Source of the DNA: Macrostomum lignano
Taxonomy: Eukaryota
DNA: 64,000 nucleotides
Assembly: GCA_002269645.1 (NCBI GenBank)
Contig: NIVC01003517.1
Location: 73,738 to 137,737 of the forward strand
Reading direction: 5' to 3'
Shown here: piece by piece, positions 34,960-48,011 of the stretch
How the letters are laid out: each line of letters begins with the position of its first letter
How positions within the stretch are numbered: the first letter of the stretch is position 1
The notes under the pieces: generated by a model
Database searches by the model: none
Told to the model about the DNA's origin: nothing
Seen by the model: only the letters and a program-made list of their open reading frames with translations
Translations under genes and position numbers: made by a program

Positions 34960-35110
34960 AGCCTGGAAGCGCCTAGAGGGGAGTGGAGCCCGGGAGAGAG
35001 ATGAAGGAGGGATAGAGTGAGAGAGAGAGGGAGAGGCAGGGAGAGATGCAAGGCCGTAGGGCGCCAGCCAATGGTAGGGGGGGGGGTCGATATCGATACA
35101 CACCTCCCCT
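34960..35110 (+). repeat. AG-rich dispersed repeat, homologous to 55870-56050
   Basis: Shared ggagccc(g)gg..gagagagatg..gagaggcagggagagatgca..gccagc.aat..gg..cgatat.gat. Confidence 0.65.
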
Positions 35111-35374
35111 CTATAAATGAAAGGTATTGGGAAAGCAATTGGGTAACCCACGAGAAGATTTAGGATTAAAACGAATATACTTTTAAGGGTAATGATCACA
35201 ACTGTCAAATATCCTCACGCTGGGAAAAATTCAAACAAACAGGCCGAAATCTTACGTGATTGATGGCACGACAAATATCAGGGGAAAAGCGCCAGTCACG
35301 TGATTCACCAGATCAGTTGTCGCTTAAATGAAGTAAATGAAATAATCGAATTTTGATTATTTACGACATGAAAA

Positions 35375-35553
35375 CAGAAGCGCAACCAAGGGGGGCAGGG
35401 GCGGGGAACACCACCCCCTAGGCAGAGACCTGGAAATCAAAAAGGGGGCCAAGCGCATTTTCAGCAAAATACAGAACCACCCTCCGCCCACCCCTCTAGG
35501 GTCTTTACCCTCCAGAATAGGCCCCCTTCAACAAATTTCTGGATGCGCCACTG
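35375..35553. mobile_element. Small hAT-type MITE (179 bp)
   Basis: Perfect 8-bp TSD CATGAAAA (35367-35374, 35554-35561). Degenerate TIRs CAGAAGCGCAACCAAG versus CAGTGGCGCATCCAG. Confidence 0.8.
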
Positions 35554-36334
35554 CATGAAAAAGTATGCTGGGATAAAATCCCAAGCAAAAGAGGAAAAAA
35601 CATGAGAGAAAGTACAAAAAATTAATGGAGGCGATAATTATTAAAAAAAGAAGAGAGTAGAAAAGCAAACAAAAAAATCATATTGCTACTGTCATTAGTA
35701 AGTGCAGTACATCAAAGGAACTCATGTGTCCTCACACCAGTACTGACTGTCCATCCTCATCATATTTAAGCTTTAATTTCTTCTTGAACAGCTTTAAAAT
35801 CTGTTTTTCTTTACATCTTAGATTTGCCGAGTTTCTGAATTTAATCACGTGATCCAATTCTAAGCACTAGGATAGGAGCTAATGCTGATGAAATGTTGAT
35901 GACCCACGCATTGACGCAAAAAAGCCGTCGTCGTTGGTAGGTAGAACGATCCGCAGCACCCAGTCAAGCACTGCAGAACGAACAGGAACGGCACAATCGC
36001 GTAGGTATCACTTTACATGTGCCTTTAAAGTTTTTAAGCAACAGAAAATTGTTAGAAGAGAAGTCATTTAGAAAACCAATTTAAAAAAGTAGAAAACATT
36101 GCCACTGCTAAACAATAAAAAACAAGAAACACACGTTTTTAGGCTTGATCACCCCCGTCATGTGATGACTGTTTCGATTTTTAAAAATTTCGTTTTAAAA
36201 CGAAAACGAAACCGGAAACAAAAAATGTTATACTTTATTTTCGTTTGCTCCATGAAGCTGATTACTTTTAGCACTCCTTCAACACACAGTTTACGGTTGA
36301 AGTACTTTAACGATGTTGTTTGACGAGGGTATCC

Positions 36335-36680
36335 AAGTAAACAGTACCAAACCCAACCGACCTAGTGAGAAAAATTATGATGCACAAGGATATAAGTACG
36401 GATGCTTTGTGTACGCCAGAGTGCTGTAGAAACATCCTGTTGAAGTCGAGAATCCATGGAGCAGTGAGTACATCATTGACATAGGCGAAAGTGCTCACGT
36501 CAAAGCCACGAAAGCTGAGCTGTTCGTACTCAATAAGCAACCAGCTTCACTTTATTCATCGGCTCCAGATGAAAACATGGATGTCAGAGCGTCCATTGAC
36601 CATCTGTTGAGCAGTGCAGCTTCGCTGTCGTCTGAACAGCAGCGTCAAGTACTACTAACTCATTTGAACAGAATTTGAAT
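36335..36680 (+). pseudogene. Old inverted sacsin-like remnant (SH3-like and J-like region)
   Basis: Manual translation FVYARVL*KHPVEVENPWSSEYIIDIGES...SIDHLLSSAASLSSEQQRQV aligns with LVYARVVERHPGGSDNPWTSEFTIKIGEG...TVDHLLSSAASLPTEQQRQI of copies B/C. Stops and a frameshift are present. Confidence 0.85.
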
Positions 36681-38473
36681 GCGCTGCTGAGCATACCTGG
36701 ACTCACTAAATCCATAATCTCATTGACGAGTGGCAGCAGCATTGGTGCAGAAGGCTGAGCCTGTAGCACCAAAATGAGTGCCTTCGGCGCTAAAATTAGC
36801 GCAGACAACACCGATACTCAAAATAATGTACAAGTAGGAATCTGTCATGTACACGTAAAATTCTTGTCTTTAACTCCCCCCCCCACTATAAAATCCATGG
36901 CGACACACCTGCGCCAAACTGCTGCTAGACTGCTCGTGAACTGTTGTCACACTTCTACATGTACGAGCTACCTTAGAAGTTTGCATCTAGTTGACCCGAT
37001 TCACTGCCGTCACTTCGTCAATCAGACTCCATCACCCTATTATTAGTTTCATTTTTATCACGCAGCGGTAACGCGGCTGTCTGACTGTTGACTGTGCTGT
37101 TTCACTGTAGCAACACTGTTTTTACAGTCCTGCGCAATGATTGTTACGGAGAGACAATTGAGATCACGAAATAAACACACAATTAGGAACCATTGAGACA
37201 AAAAACTGAAGAATCGATTAAAACTAAAGTTTGACCAAAAATTTCAGCATTGTTTTGATTGAAAAAACCACAAACTGAATCGATTTTTTTGCATTTTATT
37301 AGTGCAACACTGGTTGAATATTATTTGCTTAAATATAGCCATTGTGCCGAGGCGCGAGAAAAAAAAACTGGATAAAAACTTAATTGGATAAATATAGTTC
37401 AGAATGAACAGAGAGATTAGCGGCTAATGGTTAGCAATGGTTATCAATGATTAATTTTAGGTAGATCATTATCCACCGCTGAACCGTACATAATGACATT
37501 AAGGAGAGCCAACTGCTCAACCCATGACAACGCAAAATGATAAGCAGAGGAAGGCGGTGGATCAGCACAGAAACTAAGTTTAGCTACAGGTAATCCTTGA
37601 AATAAAACATTGATAACCTTATAGCATTATAAAGTAAAGTTGAATTGAAAACTTTATGAATGAAAACTAGAAAACTATTTTCTATTCTCTAATTTTCATC
37701 TTTCAAATATTTTTAAAGGTCATTTTTAGAAATTGGTGGTAGGGAATAAATGAGTGAATTAAAGATTCAGTAGAAACAAAACTACTCATGCCAGACTGCT
37801 GTCACTGTTTGCTCTAACGAGCTGTCGACCGTCTCACACTTATTTCAAGCCTCAAGATTACTGCCACCTGTTTTATAGAACTACCAAATTACGAGTTGGA
37901 TCCGTAAAGCATAAAATAAATATGAATCTAATAATAAATATAATAAATATAATAAAATATAAAATAAATATGAATAAATATGAATTATATAGTTAATAAA
38001 TTATATAAACCTACTAACTACTTACTATCTAAGCAGTAGTGTATTGAACAATAGTCCCTTGAATAAAAAAGCATAGCATGAATAAATTTAAACTACCAGA
38101 GCTGAGCAAAAGGGTATCTGGATACGAACAGACAGTAGCTAATAGTGAACATACAACTGACAGGCACATCTTAAAAGTACTTTCCTCTTTCCACACGCAT
38201 CTATAACCTTCCTGACGAGTTATCGCCATTTATTGTTGGCCTTTTGCCTCAGTCAATTGTTTGTTTGTTGAATAACTTAAATGGAATATTTTAAACAATA
38301 CAGCAAGCTAAGTGTGAAGTATGCAGCGATAAATATTGGTTCGTAGAAATTGGTCTACCTCTAAACACCATACTTTTTTATTAAACATAATTAGCACGCA
38401 TTTCAATTGGACATGTCTCCTGCAGCTGCTCATTGTCATAAACAAAGTTGTATCGCAATTCCTCACTTGAATC

Positions 38474-38932
38474 CACAGATACTTAAAATAACTAGATAGG
38501 CCACTCAGCACATTGTAAACTACTTTGAATTCAGTAGTAAGTTAAACAGAAGCATTTTTATGTATTATTAAAGCCGAGGCTAATTTATTGACATCCCACC
38601 CAATAAATGAAACCCTTATAAACCCTCCCTCCAAGAGCGCTTTCCACACTACCCTCGCACCGCCCCAATTTTTATTTCCTTTCTCGAAATTCCAGCCTAA
38701 AGCTGCCATGTACGTTTCAGTGGACTGGCTAATGTACATTATTGCTGAACCAATTAGCAAGAGTGCCCATGCTGTATACACCTGCAGGCATGGGCACCTA
38801 TTTAAGTCATTTCAGTTGATTTACTTAAAAAAATAGTTTATGCTTTCTTATTTGCTACTGAACTGACAGTAGAAAGCTGTTTTGCTAAGTATATATGCCT
38901 GAGTGGCTCATCTAGTTATTCTAGTATCTGTG
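38474..38932 (-). mobile_element. MITE family Y, copy 2 (inverted), inserted in the 3' flank of sacsin C
   Basis: TIRs at both ends; 8-bp TSD CTTGAATC / CTCGAATC. The paralogous site in the B flank (~11700-11730) is empty. Confidence 0.85.
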
Positions 38933-39062
38933 CTCGAATCCAACAAAAAACACATGACAAGACAAAGCAAAAAAGATTTCCCCACCTCCTTCTGCATCGC
39001 GCTACACGCGCAAACCAGTTGTCTGCAGAAAAACAAAGCCAACTCAAAGTCCCTCACTCGAG

Positions 39063-42000
39063 TCATTCGGCAAACTCGGACGAGACGCACCGTTCGACGC
39101 CCTCCGCTCCCTGCAGAGCCCGCGCTGCCTGCTCCGCTCCGAAGACCTCCGACGGAACCCGCGGTCGGCTGCGGTCGCTCGGGTAGCGACAGTCGTCCAC
39201 CATGGCGCCCGCCAGGTCGGCAACGTGACCGGCCAGGCTGCTCTGCAGGTCGCTGCTCGAGACGCAGCTCAGATGCTGGCTCAGCTGGTGGCTGCGCTCG
39301 ATGGGCTGACCCTGTCTCAGCAGCAATGCCTTCAGCGCCTTCTCAGTAGCCTGCCAGCTGATGTAGCAGGCCCAGTTGTACTCTCCGGCCTCAGCCAATC
39401 GCGCAGCCGAGCGCAGGTCGTGCCGCGCCGTCTTCAGGTACCTCGCCGCATCGTCAGGCGACGGTTTGGCAAAGTTTGCGCCACCTGAACTGCAGAAAAA
39501 GCTGGCAGAACCGCCGCCTCTCGAACTGCCAGACCGGCCAGGGTAGCGGAAAGCGCAGCCACCGCCGCCGCCGCCACCGCTCCAGCCTCCTCCTCCGTAG
39601 CTTCTTGATCGCATGGTGACGACAACTTCCTCTGCGATGAGAATCTGTCGGTACCTGGTAACCCGAGTTGTCTGCTCGCGCCATCCACCAATGCACTGAT
39701 CGAACTGTCGGGTCCATCCATGATTAGCAGCGCGCGTTCGCACCTGGTTTAATGACTCATCCGAGTTCGAGTAGTGAGCCAGTATGCGCTGAAAAATCTG
39801 GCGCTGCTGCTCGGTCGGCAGAGAAGCTGCGCTGCTCAGCAGATGATCCACCGTTGTTGCAATGTCCTCACCATTATTTTGGTTAGCTTGGGCGAAAGAC
39901 CGCTCTTCAAAGGAGAACAGCGCAGACATTGAAACTCGTAGTTTCGAACCTTCACCGATTTTAATAGTAAACTCGCTAGTCCACGGGTTATCGCTGCCAC
40001 CAGGGTGTCTTTCCACTACCCGAGCGTAAACAAGTCTTCCATCGTCATTTCTGTAAGCCACAATTTGGTTCACAATGTCCCTTGGTCTATCTGGCAGTTG
40101 CTTCAGTAGACACTGCTCAAACTCCGGTACAGGTTCACCGAGCACTGAGTCATCGGTTGCGCTTGGCTCTGCAAACTGCTGCTCACTGGTCTGGTGCAGT
40201 GCAATTCCTAGTCCGCGCAGAACGGCCAGCATGCTGTCTGGACTGTCCATAAGAAGCACCTGAATCAAATAACTTTTCTGCTCTGGCAAAATGTTGACAC
40301 CGTAATTCAAAATCTGCATTATAATTTTGATAAAGTCCATCTGCCAGAGCTGCCTTCGGTCACCGCTCATCTCGTCCGGAATCGTAGAGTGATTCATGAG
40401 AATCCGCTGCCCATCCAGAAAGAAGTTCTTGTCCTGTTCCGAGTCCTGCTGCTCGACACCATCCAGCAGCAGACACGTGCGCAACTCGGAAAGACACACA
40501 ACCGAGAAGCGAGATATCAAAGATTTCACTGCAGCCAGTCGCTCGTCTCCTTTGCCAGAAAGATCCTTGTTTCCATGCAGCATGATGCTTACGATGCACA
40601 GGTGCAGCATTGGGTGGCTCAACTTAGCTTGCAGACCGAGTAGGGTCTCACAGCTCTCACCATCGCTGCAAAACTTATTGGTGTCTGAAAGCAGCCTCTC
40701 GCTTACGTTGTCGCTCAGTTTCTTCAGGCCCATGTCGGCTGCGAGATGAAAGTACAGCCTCTGAAGCTTGTCAGTGCCCAGCTTGCAGAAGCTCAGATCA
40801 AGGAACTGTACATCCTGTGCATCCACCAATCGATTGTTGTGCGCCTCTGAGTCGTTGATGGTCAGACACCTGCAGTCCACCAGTTCGAAAGCGGCTTCCG
40901 TGCTGCTGTCTTGATGCTGACTTCTTTTAGGCAGGAAGAGCACTCTGTCGGACTCGAACTGGAGCCTGCCGCCCCGCTCCAGCAGAACTATGATACTCGA
41001 TAGACAGTGCGACACTGACTTCAGTTGCTCTGCGCGAAGCGAGCCTTGTTGCTCATTCCGAATCAGTTCCAATGCAAGTCGAAGTTGCTCGATTGTGGCA
41101 GACTCTGTAGCTCCCAGTTTTGCAAACAGCTTGCGGAACTGTGAAAATTCTTGAGGACACTCGTGAATGTAAGGCAGAATAGCAGAGTTTTTATCTTGAG
41201 TAATTCTGCCAGCTGATACAAAAAATGATTTATAGCCTTCGGTTTTGATTAGCACACACGGAATATCTTTCAGAAATAGAATTGACTGAACTGCTGTAGA
41301 ATTCATAATGGTACTCAATCTTGAGTACACGGAATTCATGACATCGCTTCTCAGTGTTGCAACTTCGCCTCGAAGATCAGCTGACGTGAAGGTCGCTGCA
41401 GAGAAAAGGTTGACAACGTGGCGCAGAAAAATGGCATCAGAAACTGGCATCACTGAGCTTGCAAAGCAGCTGCCCTGGCCAACACAGCTCGGTCCGTAGG
41501 GCATGGCAGTCCAGCACAGGAAGCGAGCCTCGAACAGGGCGCACTGGGACAGACTCGCCATTCGAATTCGATCGCTCTGACAAAGGCTCTGAAGAGCGCC
41601 GTCGCTGTTGGCTACAATAAATTGAATTCCTGCCAGTTGTCGGACTACAGATTCAGTTCTGTCTATGCGGAACTCATAGCTGTCGATAAACTTGAGCAGA
41701 GCTTCCGATTTCTTAGATAACTCATCTGTGATACCAATGGCTCCTTGCGTTTGCAGTTCACTGGCAAAGCTGATGGCAATTGGAGCCGTGCATTCCAAGA
41801 TCAGACCGGAAAATTTCATCAGCTTTCTCCATCGCTCTTCATTGTACGGCGTTGGCAAGAAGCATTGTGGCTGAAGAAACTTTTTGAAAATTTCAACATT
41901 TCCATCATAAAACGTGTTGACGCTCCACCATTGTCCGTCAAACGGAATGAGTTTGGCTGCCCTGAGAGACTGACTGAGCATTTGAAACTTGTCAGGGTTC

Positions 42001-45000
42001 TTCACTTTAACCCTTTCGAAATCCCAGCTCAGCTCGCAAAGTTTTTCGAGATGCTTTTTTCGAGTATCGTCGGTGAACTTGGAGAACACTGGCAGGATAA
42101 ACCTCGCATAAACCTCAAGCTCTGCCATCTCGTCGCATTGAAGCTTTGCGTACAGCATCGTGAGAGACCAGTTTGCCTTCAAGAAGATGGCCTTGCTGGA
42201 GCTCTTCCACTCGTCCATCTCATCGGTCACGAGCGATGCCGGTAAGATACAGGCCTGCTCAGACTTGAGCGCACAGCAGCGACCATCAGAAGTGACAAAC
42301 ACCGGTAATTGACGCACTCTTGCAAGGAGGTTCTGCTCTCCCATTCTCTTACTTAGCTCTCCCCAGTTGCTCTGAATGTACACCAAAAAGCTCACAGCCT
42401 GCTTCTCTGTGATCGTAGATCTCTCAGCGTTCTCATTTAGAGCGAACTCCATCACTCTCAGCATGGACTCGGGCTGTCTGACGTTGCCACACAGACTGCC
42501 GACCAGCTTCAAGCCCATCATGCTGAGCGAGGGAGCGTTGAGCTGCTGCAGAGACTCCTCAACTGCTTTGCTGCAGTCATCGAGACCGAATCTGATTGGC
42601 TCATAAATACAGGGCGCTAGTGAGAGGCTTGCAAAGCGCGACTGGTTTACAGGAATCAGGTGTGCGCTGCCAGTCCTGAAGAGGATAACGTTTGCATTGG
42701 TGCATTCTTATTAGTGCATTTGTTGTCTAGAAACTCCCACACTCGATTCAACCATTGTTCGAGAAACTCAGCTTCCATTCCGAACTCTGAATTTGGTAAA
42801 AAGGCAGAGTCAGTCCTGCAGATTGCAGCATGCTCTCTGTGCAGAAGAGTGCAAAAATCCATCAGCTGAAACTTTTTGCACAGCTGTTTCTGGATTAAAT
42901 TGTTTTTCTTATTTTGATCGAGCTGAAACAAAACTTTCTTGTGCACAAACTCGTGCTTTGCTTCGCTGTGTGAAAACAAGTCGTGGAATTGAGTGAGAAA
43001 CAGAGGCGTCCGTCCATTGTCAAACTCAGTGAGTCGGTTACCGGCACCTAAATTCAAGGGCACTCCGATGAGATGCTGCACTTCGTCTTGCAATTCATCA
43101 AGCAGATATTTGAGCAGGCTTACAACGGCCTCTGGTGTTTGAAATGATGACGTGCTCACATCACTCGGCAACGAATCTCGAAGTTGCTTGCACGCTGGAC
43201 CCCTGAGAAATGCGCAAATTGACACAGCATCAGCTACAGGGCTGAACTCCAGCTGGCTCGACTCAAGCGACTGACGAAGGCCTACATGATCCGGGACCAT
43301 GATGGGAAATCGCAGTTTACTCAGGATGTTCTGAAGAAACGCGGTCAAATTGTACGGAGTCAAGAATGCAGCACTACCGCTGACATCACCTGAGCTCTGT
43401 GCTAGCGGCAGCCACTTCAGCTGCTTTTCAAGTACAGAGTGCACAGGGAAGATGGCCCATCGAAATCGAAAGGCGTTTTGGAAGACAAGCTTTGCAAGCT
43501 GGCCCCACAGCGTCTGATTGCTTGCGTGGTACTCTGGAAGAAGGCTGTAGAAGTGGTGTACGTTCTGCACATTCGGATAAACTGTTTTTGCTGCTTCGAG
43601 TAGACTGCCATAGCAGTCAGGCAGAAGCTGTGTGGCCAGCACTTGGTTCCATTGCTCCTTGACATCCACAGCTCCATCCGCCTTCCACAGAGATCTGCGC
43701 GATGGGTCCAGAATGAAGTGACCGTTCACGTGTACAGGAAGTGCAGTCGTCACAGGCAATGGCAGCAGACAGTAGACGTGACCTTCAACCCTGCATGTTT
43801 CAGTCATGGAAATGGGAGCAGCGACTCCGGTCTTTGGCAAAAGACGCCACTTTCCGGAGGCCACTTGCTGCTGCAGCTGTGCGGGCATGTGGTCCAGTCC
43901 ACCTCCGAGTTTTTGGAAAACGAGCCATCTTTGCTTGAAATTGGTGCCAGTCCCACTAACCGTAAGTTCGTAGGTGACCGAGCTGACTGGAATGCAGCTT
44001 AACTGAGCTCCCCTGCTCCGCAGATGCTGACTGGCAGTTTCGCACGCCTCCTTGTAGTTATCAAAGCACCCTGATACAGTTTCAACTTCCAACTTGGCGG
44101 CAAAAACTGTTGTGAACTTGTTGTCAGGCCATACTTCGGAGAGTTGCACTTCACGGATATTCAAGAGAAACAAGGCAGTTCGCCCAAGTTCATTCTTGAA
44201 TTCGTCGAATAGCTGCTTGATATCATCGGCACTTACCGATCGTTCGCATATCCTAGATTTTTTAGCTGAGCTCACCGTTCTCAATGGCAGTCGAAACACG
44301 GTTCCTCCGGTTTGCTTCAAGCTCTCGGACAGTACCCCGCAAATACGTCGCGAAAAGTATATTTCAAACACTCGACGTTCTTGTACATACCTCCTGGAGA
44401 AGCCAAAGTAGCACCAGGCATGTACCCGCAGTGCGGATCCATCACGCAGAAAATCTTTCCATCGGACAGAAACGAGGGCGCATCCGTGATGTTGTACACA
44501 CAGTTGAACCCGATGCCGTACTGTCCAGCTTTCCATGCGTCGTCTCGCTTGGACCCGAGACCGAGATTCTGGATGCCTTCGATGTCCGCATCGGAGAATG
44601 TCGAGTCGTTGTAGACAAGAAGCGCAGGTCCCTGCAGCTCCTTCCAGCTGTCACTCAGCACTCGCTCGGTCCCGTGATGCCGACGATCGATGATGAAGCT
44701 GATCTTTGATGCCCCAGCATCGTCCGCATTCTGAATGAGTTCCTTGAAGAGCTCGATTCCAAGCGGGTATCCGGAAATGATGTTCTGCAGTCTGGTTGTG
44801 AGGTCCTCGTGTTGGCCGAAAGGCAGAGGCTGCATCGCTTGAGCCAGCATGCTTTCTCTCTGGCTTGGAATTCCAAGTTTCTGGCACAGTCCGAAGGAGA
44901 TGTTTTCGTGGCAGAAGAAGGTCTCATTTGGTAGTTGCACGGACTTCATCCAAGGCAGGTTGTTAAAGCACAGTTGTGTGCAGGGTCTCAGAATGCGGCT

Positions 45001-48000
45001 ATGGTCAGGTGCGAGCAAGCTCTCAGTCGCCAAGGTTTCATCCTGACGGCGGCTAATCTGGTCGAGTATTTTCAGGCTCAAATCTAAATCGCCAGGTATT
45101 AGTGGTGCCGAGGAGTAACGCTGAGAAAGAAGTTTAAGCACACCTGCATAGTGCGATGCCGCGAAATTTTCATTGACTCCAGCTGCCCTGAAGAAGCTTT
45201 CGCACTGAATGCCGCTTAGTTCGGAAGGCAAAACATGAAGAAATGGCTCGAATCCCGCATCAGATCTCGACAGACTTACTTGAGCAGGCGTAATGAAACC
45301 TGATGGGGACCAAATAATGTTCGGAGTCTGAGTCACTATGCCAAGAACCATTTGGCTATTGAGCCGTCGGTTGGAGATTTGGGCACTGAGGTGTCGATAA
45401 ACGCACCGGCTCACTCGCAGAGTTTCTTCATTGCCAGCTTGGGTGCCGGCCAGAGCTACCAGCTGCTTCCAAGCCACCTCATTGGTGACGTAACTCACGT
45501 TCAAAACTCCGATTTGAGCCAAAAGATCTTGTCTGCTTGATGAGGCAACATCACGCAGCACCGTCTCGTCCAAAATAAGGTATGAAGCCGAAACGAGATC
45601 TTTGCAGCTGGCATCAAACAGCTGACAAGGCTGGAAAAGTTGCGTTTTTGGATGCCGATCTGAAAGCCAGACAAGGCAACTGTTATTAAGCTTCTTCAAG
45701 GCAGGTAGAAATGCTACGTTTCTCAGCTGACTAATCGGCTGGTTTGAAAACCGAGAGCGGAACGAATCCAAGTAGGAAAGCAGCAACACTGTGCGCTCGG
45801 TTCTCTGAGGCTCGGAAAGCTCAGCAACTGACTGAGCGCGACTCAGCAACTCGGCCCAATTGAGATCCGCGCGAAGCCCGACTGTGCGGAGCGCTCTCAG
45901 CTGATCCGGTGTCTGCAGGTCACTGTGAGGAAACATGCTTGCGTTCATTTCAAACAGCCTTGCAGCCTGACTGCTGGTGTCCAGAAGCTGCACAGGCTGA
46001 CACAAGGCGTTTCCAACGTTAGGAATGCAATAAGACTGCTTTAATGAATTCAAAACCTTTTGAGTAACAAGTCTAGAAGCGGAGCTCCAGTCTGCATTGC
46101 CTCCACCACTGATAATATCCAGCATGAATTTCAGCGCTCCAAAGCAGTCCTCAGAGTAGCCCGACTGCCACAAGCGAGACATGTTCGGCACCAAATTAAG
46201 CAGCAGGGTCTCGCCCGACCATTGACGCTGCAAAATCTTGTTCGTCAGTCCCAGCTGCTCCACAGTTCGTCGAACTCCATCGGTCAACGATGCTACACCT
46301 TCGTGCTGACCCACGAGTCTCGTGGCGAGTCGACTCAAACAATCTGAAATCCCAGCCAGTGACAGGATGCTGGGATCCAGAAACACCGTGTGTCCCAAAC
46401 TCTTCCACCCAGCTGATGTGTGAAAGATTGGCGTCTGACCGTCAAGCATGGAGGCGTAGAACTTCTCAATAAGCGGCCTCCACACTGACTGAGTAGCTCT
46501 GTCGAATCGAGGCCACAGCTCTTGCGAAATCTCTGCATTCACCAAAGACATTCCACTTAGAATCTTCAGAGCGTCGATGTAGGCAGGACAAATGACGTCT
46601 GTGAGCAGCACTCGGTTCCACTCGCCGAGACTCCACACGCCCTGCTTTTCGTCGACCGTGACCTCGTTGAGGTGTCGTCGGCTCGAGGTGACGGAGAAGC
46701 TCGCGTTCAGCATCACTGGAATGGATTTTCGACAGGCAGCGGTAGGAAACAGAACAGCAGCGAGGCCGGCTGTGTGTCACGTGAAAGAGGCACGATCCTG
46801 TGAGACTGCTCGATGGGCAGCGCCACGGCTCCCACAGGCGCCAGTCCGAGACGACGCTGCTCCAACGCGACAGCGAGCGACTGCCCAGTACCGACAGCAG
46901 CGCACACGAGCCACACTCTGGTGGAGGCGACTGTGCTGATCTGGAACTGGTCTTGAGCGGAGTCTCCAAGCTGAACCTCTACCTCGACAGTCGCTTGACA
47001 GCGATGCTCTTGATTTTGTCCTGGCCGTCCTTGAGTAGCAGATTCGATCAGAGCTTCGGCTACCTTGAGAATGGAGCTCTGAGCAGCGAACTCTTGATCC
47101 GCCTGTGACATTCCTGATATTGGTAGCGGTGGCAGTGCAATGGCATGTCGCTGGAAATATTTGAGAGGCCTTTTGTGAGCGAAGAACACGAGTCGCGTTT
47201 GCTTTGAAGGATCGGTCGCATTGGACGGCAGGAACAGACACCGGAATGTTCGCACTGTCTGGGTGAACAAAAGCATAGCGTCAGCTTGCTCTGCAGCGAG
47301 TCGCAACAAGCCACGAATCTCCGAGTCAGAGTACACGCGATCGCAGATCTTCGACTTCGCTGCCTGAGCCTCAGTGCGCAGTGGAAGACGCAGCAGCGTG
47401 CCGGCGAAGTTTCCTGCATCTGCTTGCAGATTGCAGCCTGAGACCCCAGCGAACGGTGCAAACTGGTTGGCGTACCGATCCAGCAGACTCGGCTGTGCTT
47501 GAAAGTCGAGCTCAACTCCAGTGTCCCTGTCCCCGTGACTCGCGTACACCGCCTCCAAGTAGCCCTCGCCCCTGCGCTCACCGTGCGGGTCGAGGATCAG
47601 CATTCGGTGCCGACTGAAGATCTGCGGCACGTCAGTCAGGTTGTACACCGAGTTGAAGCCCAGACCGAAGCGACCGACCTTGGCGGTCTTCTCCAGCTTG
47701 GTGGCTCCGCTCAGCTGCAGGATGTTGTCGAAGTCCTCGTCGCTGAAGGTGGCGTTGTTGAAGGCCCACAGCGTCCGTCCCTGACAGTCGGCCATGGCCG
47801 GGTCGAGCAGCGACTCGGAGCCGCGCCAGTCGGAGTTCTCGCGACAGTCGTAGAGCAGCGTGACCTCGGTGGCGCCCGCGTCGTCAGCGTTCTGCAGCAG
47901 CTCCTTGGGCACCGCGAGACCGTCAGAGTACTCGTCGAGCAGTCGCTTGAGTCGTCGGGTGAGTGGCTCAGACTGGCCGCGCAGGCGCAGGCCGTCGGAG

Positions 48001-48011
48001 GTCTGGGCCAT
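39063..48011 (-). CDS. SACS-like: Sacsin-like copy C (~2983 aa when corrected); three single-base deletions (~46720, ~44330, ~42670) are either real lesions or assembly errors
   Basis: ORF pieces 46713..48164, 44317..46716, 42656..44536 and 39063..42521 are colinear with B. Adding one base at each break gives 8952 nt = 2984 codons, matching B (2981 aa) minus a 6-aa tail plus an 8-aa linker insertion. Confidence 0.88.
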
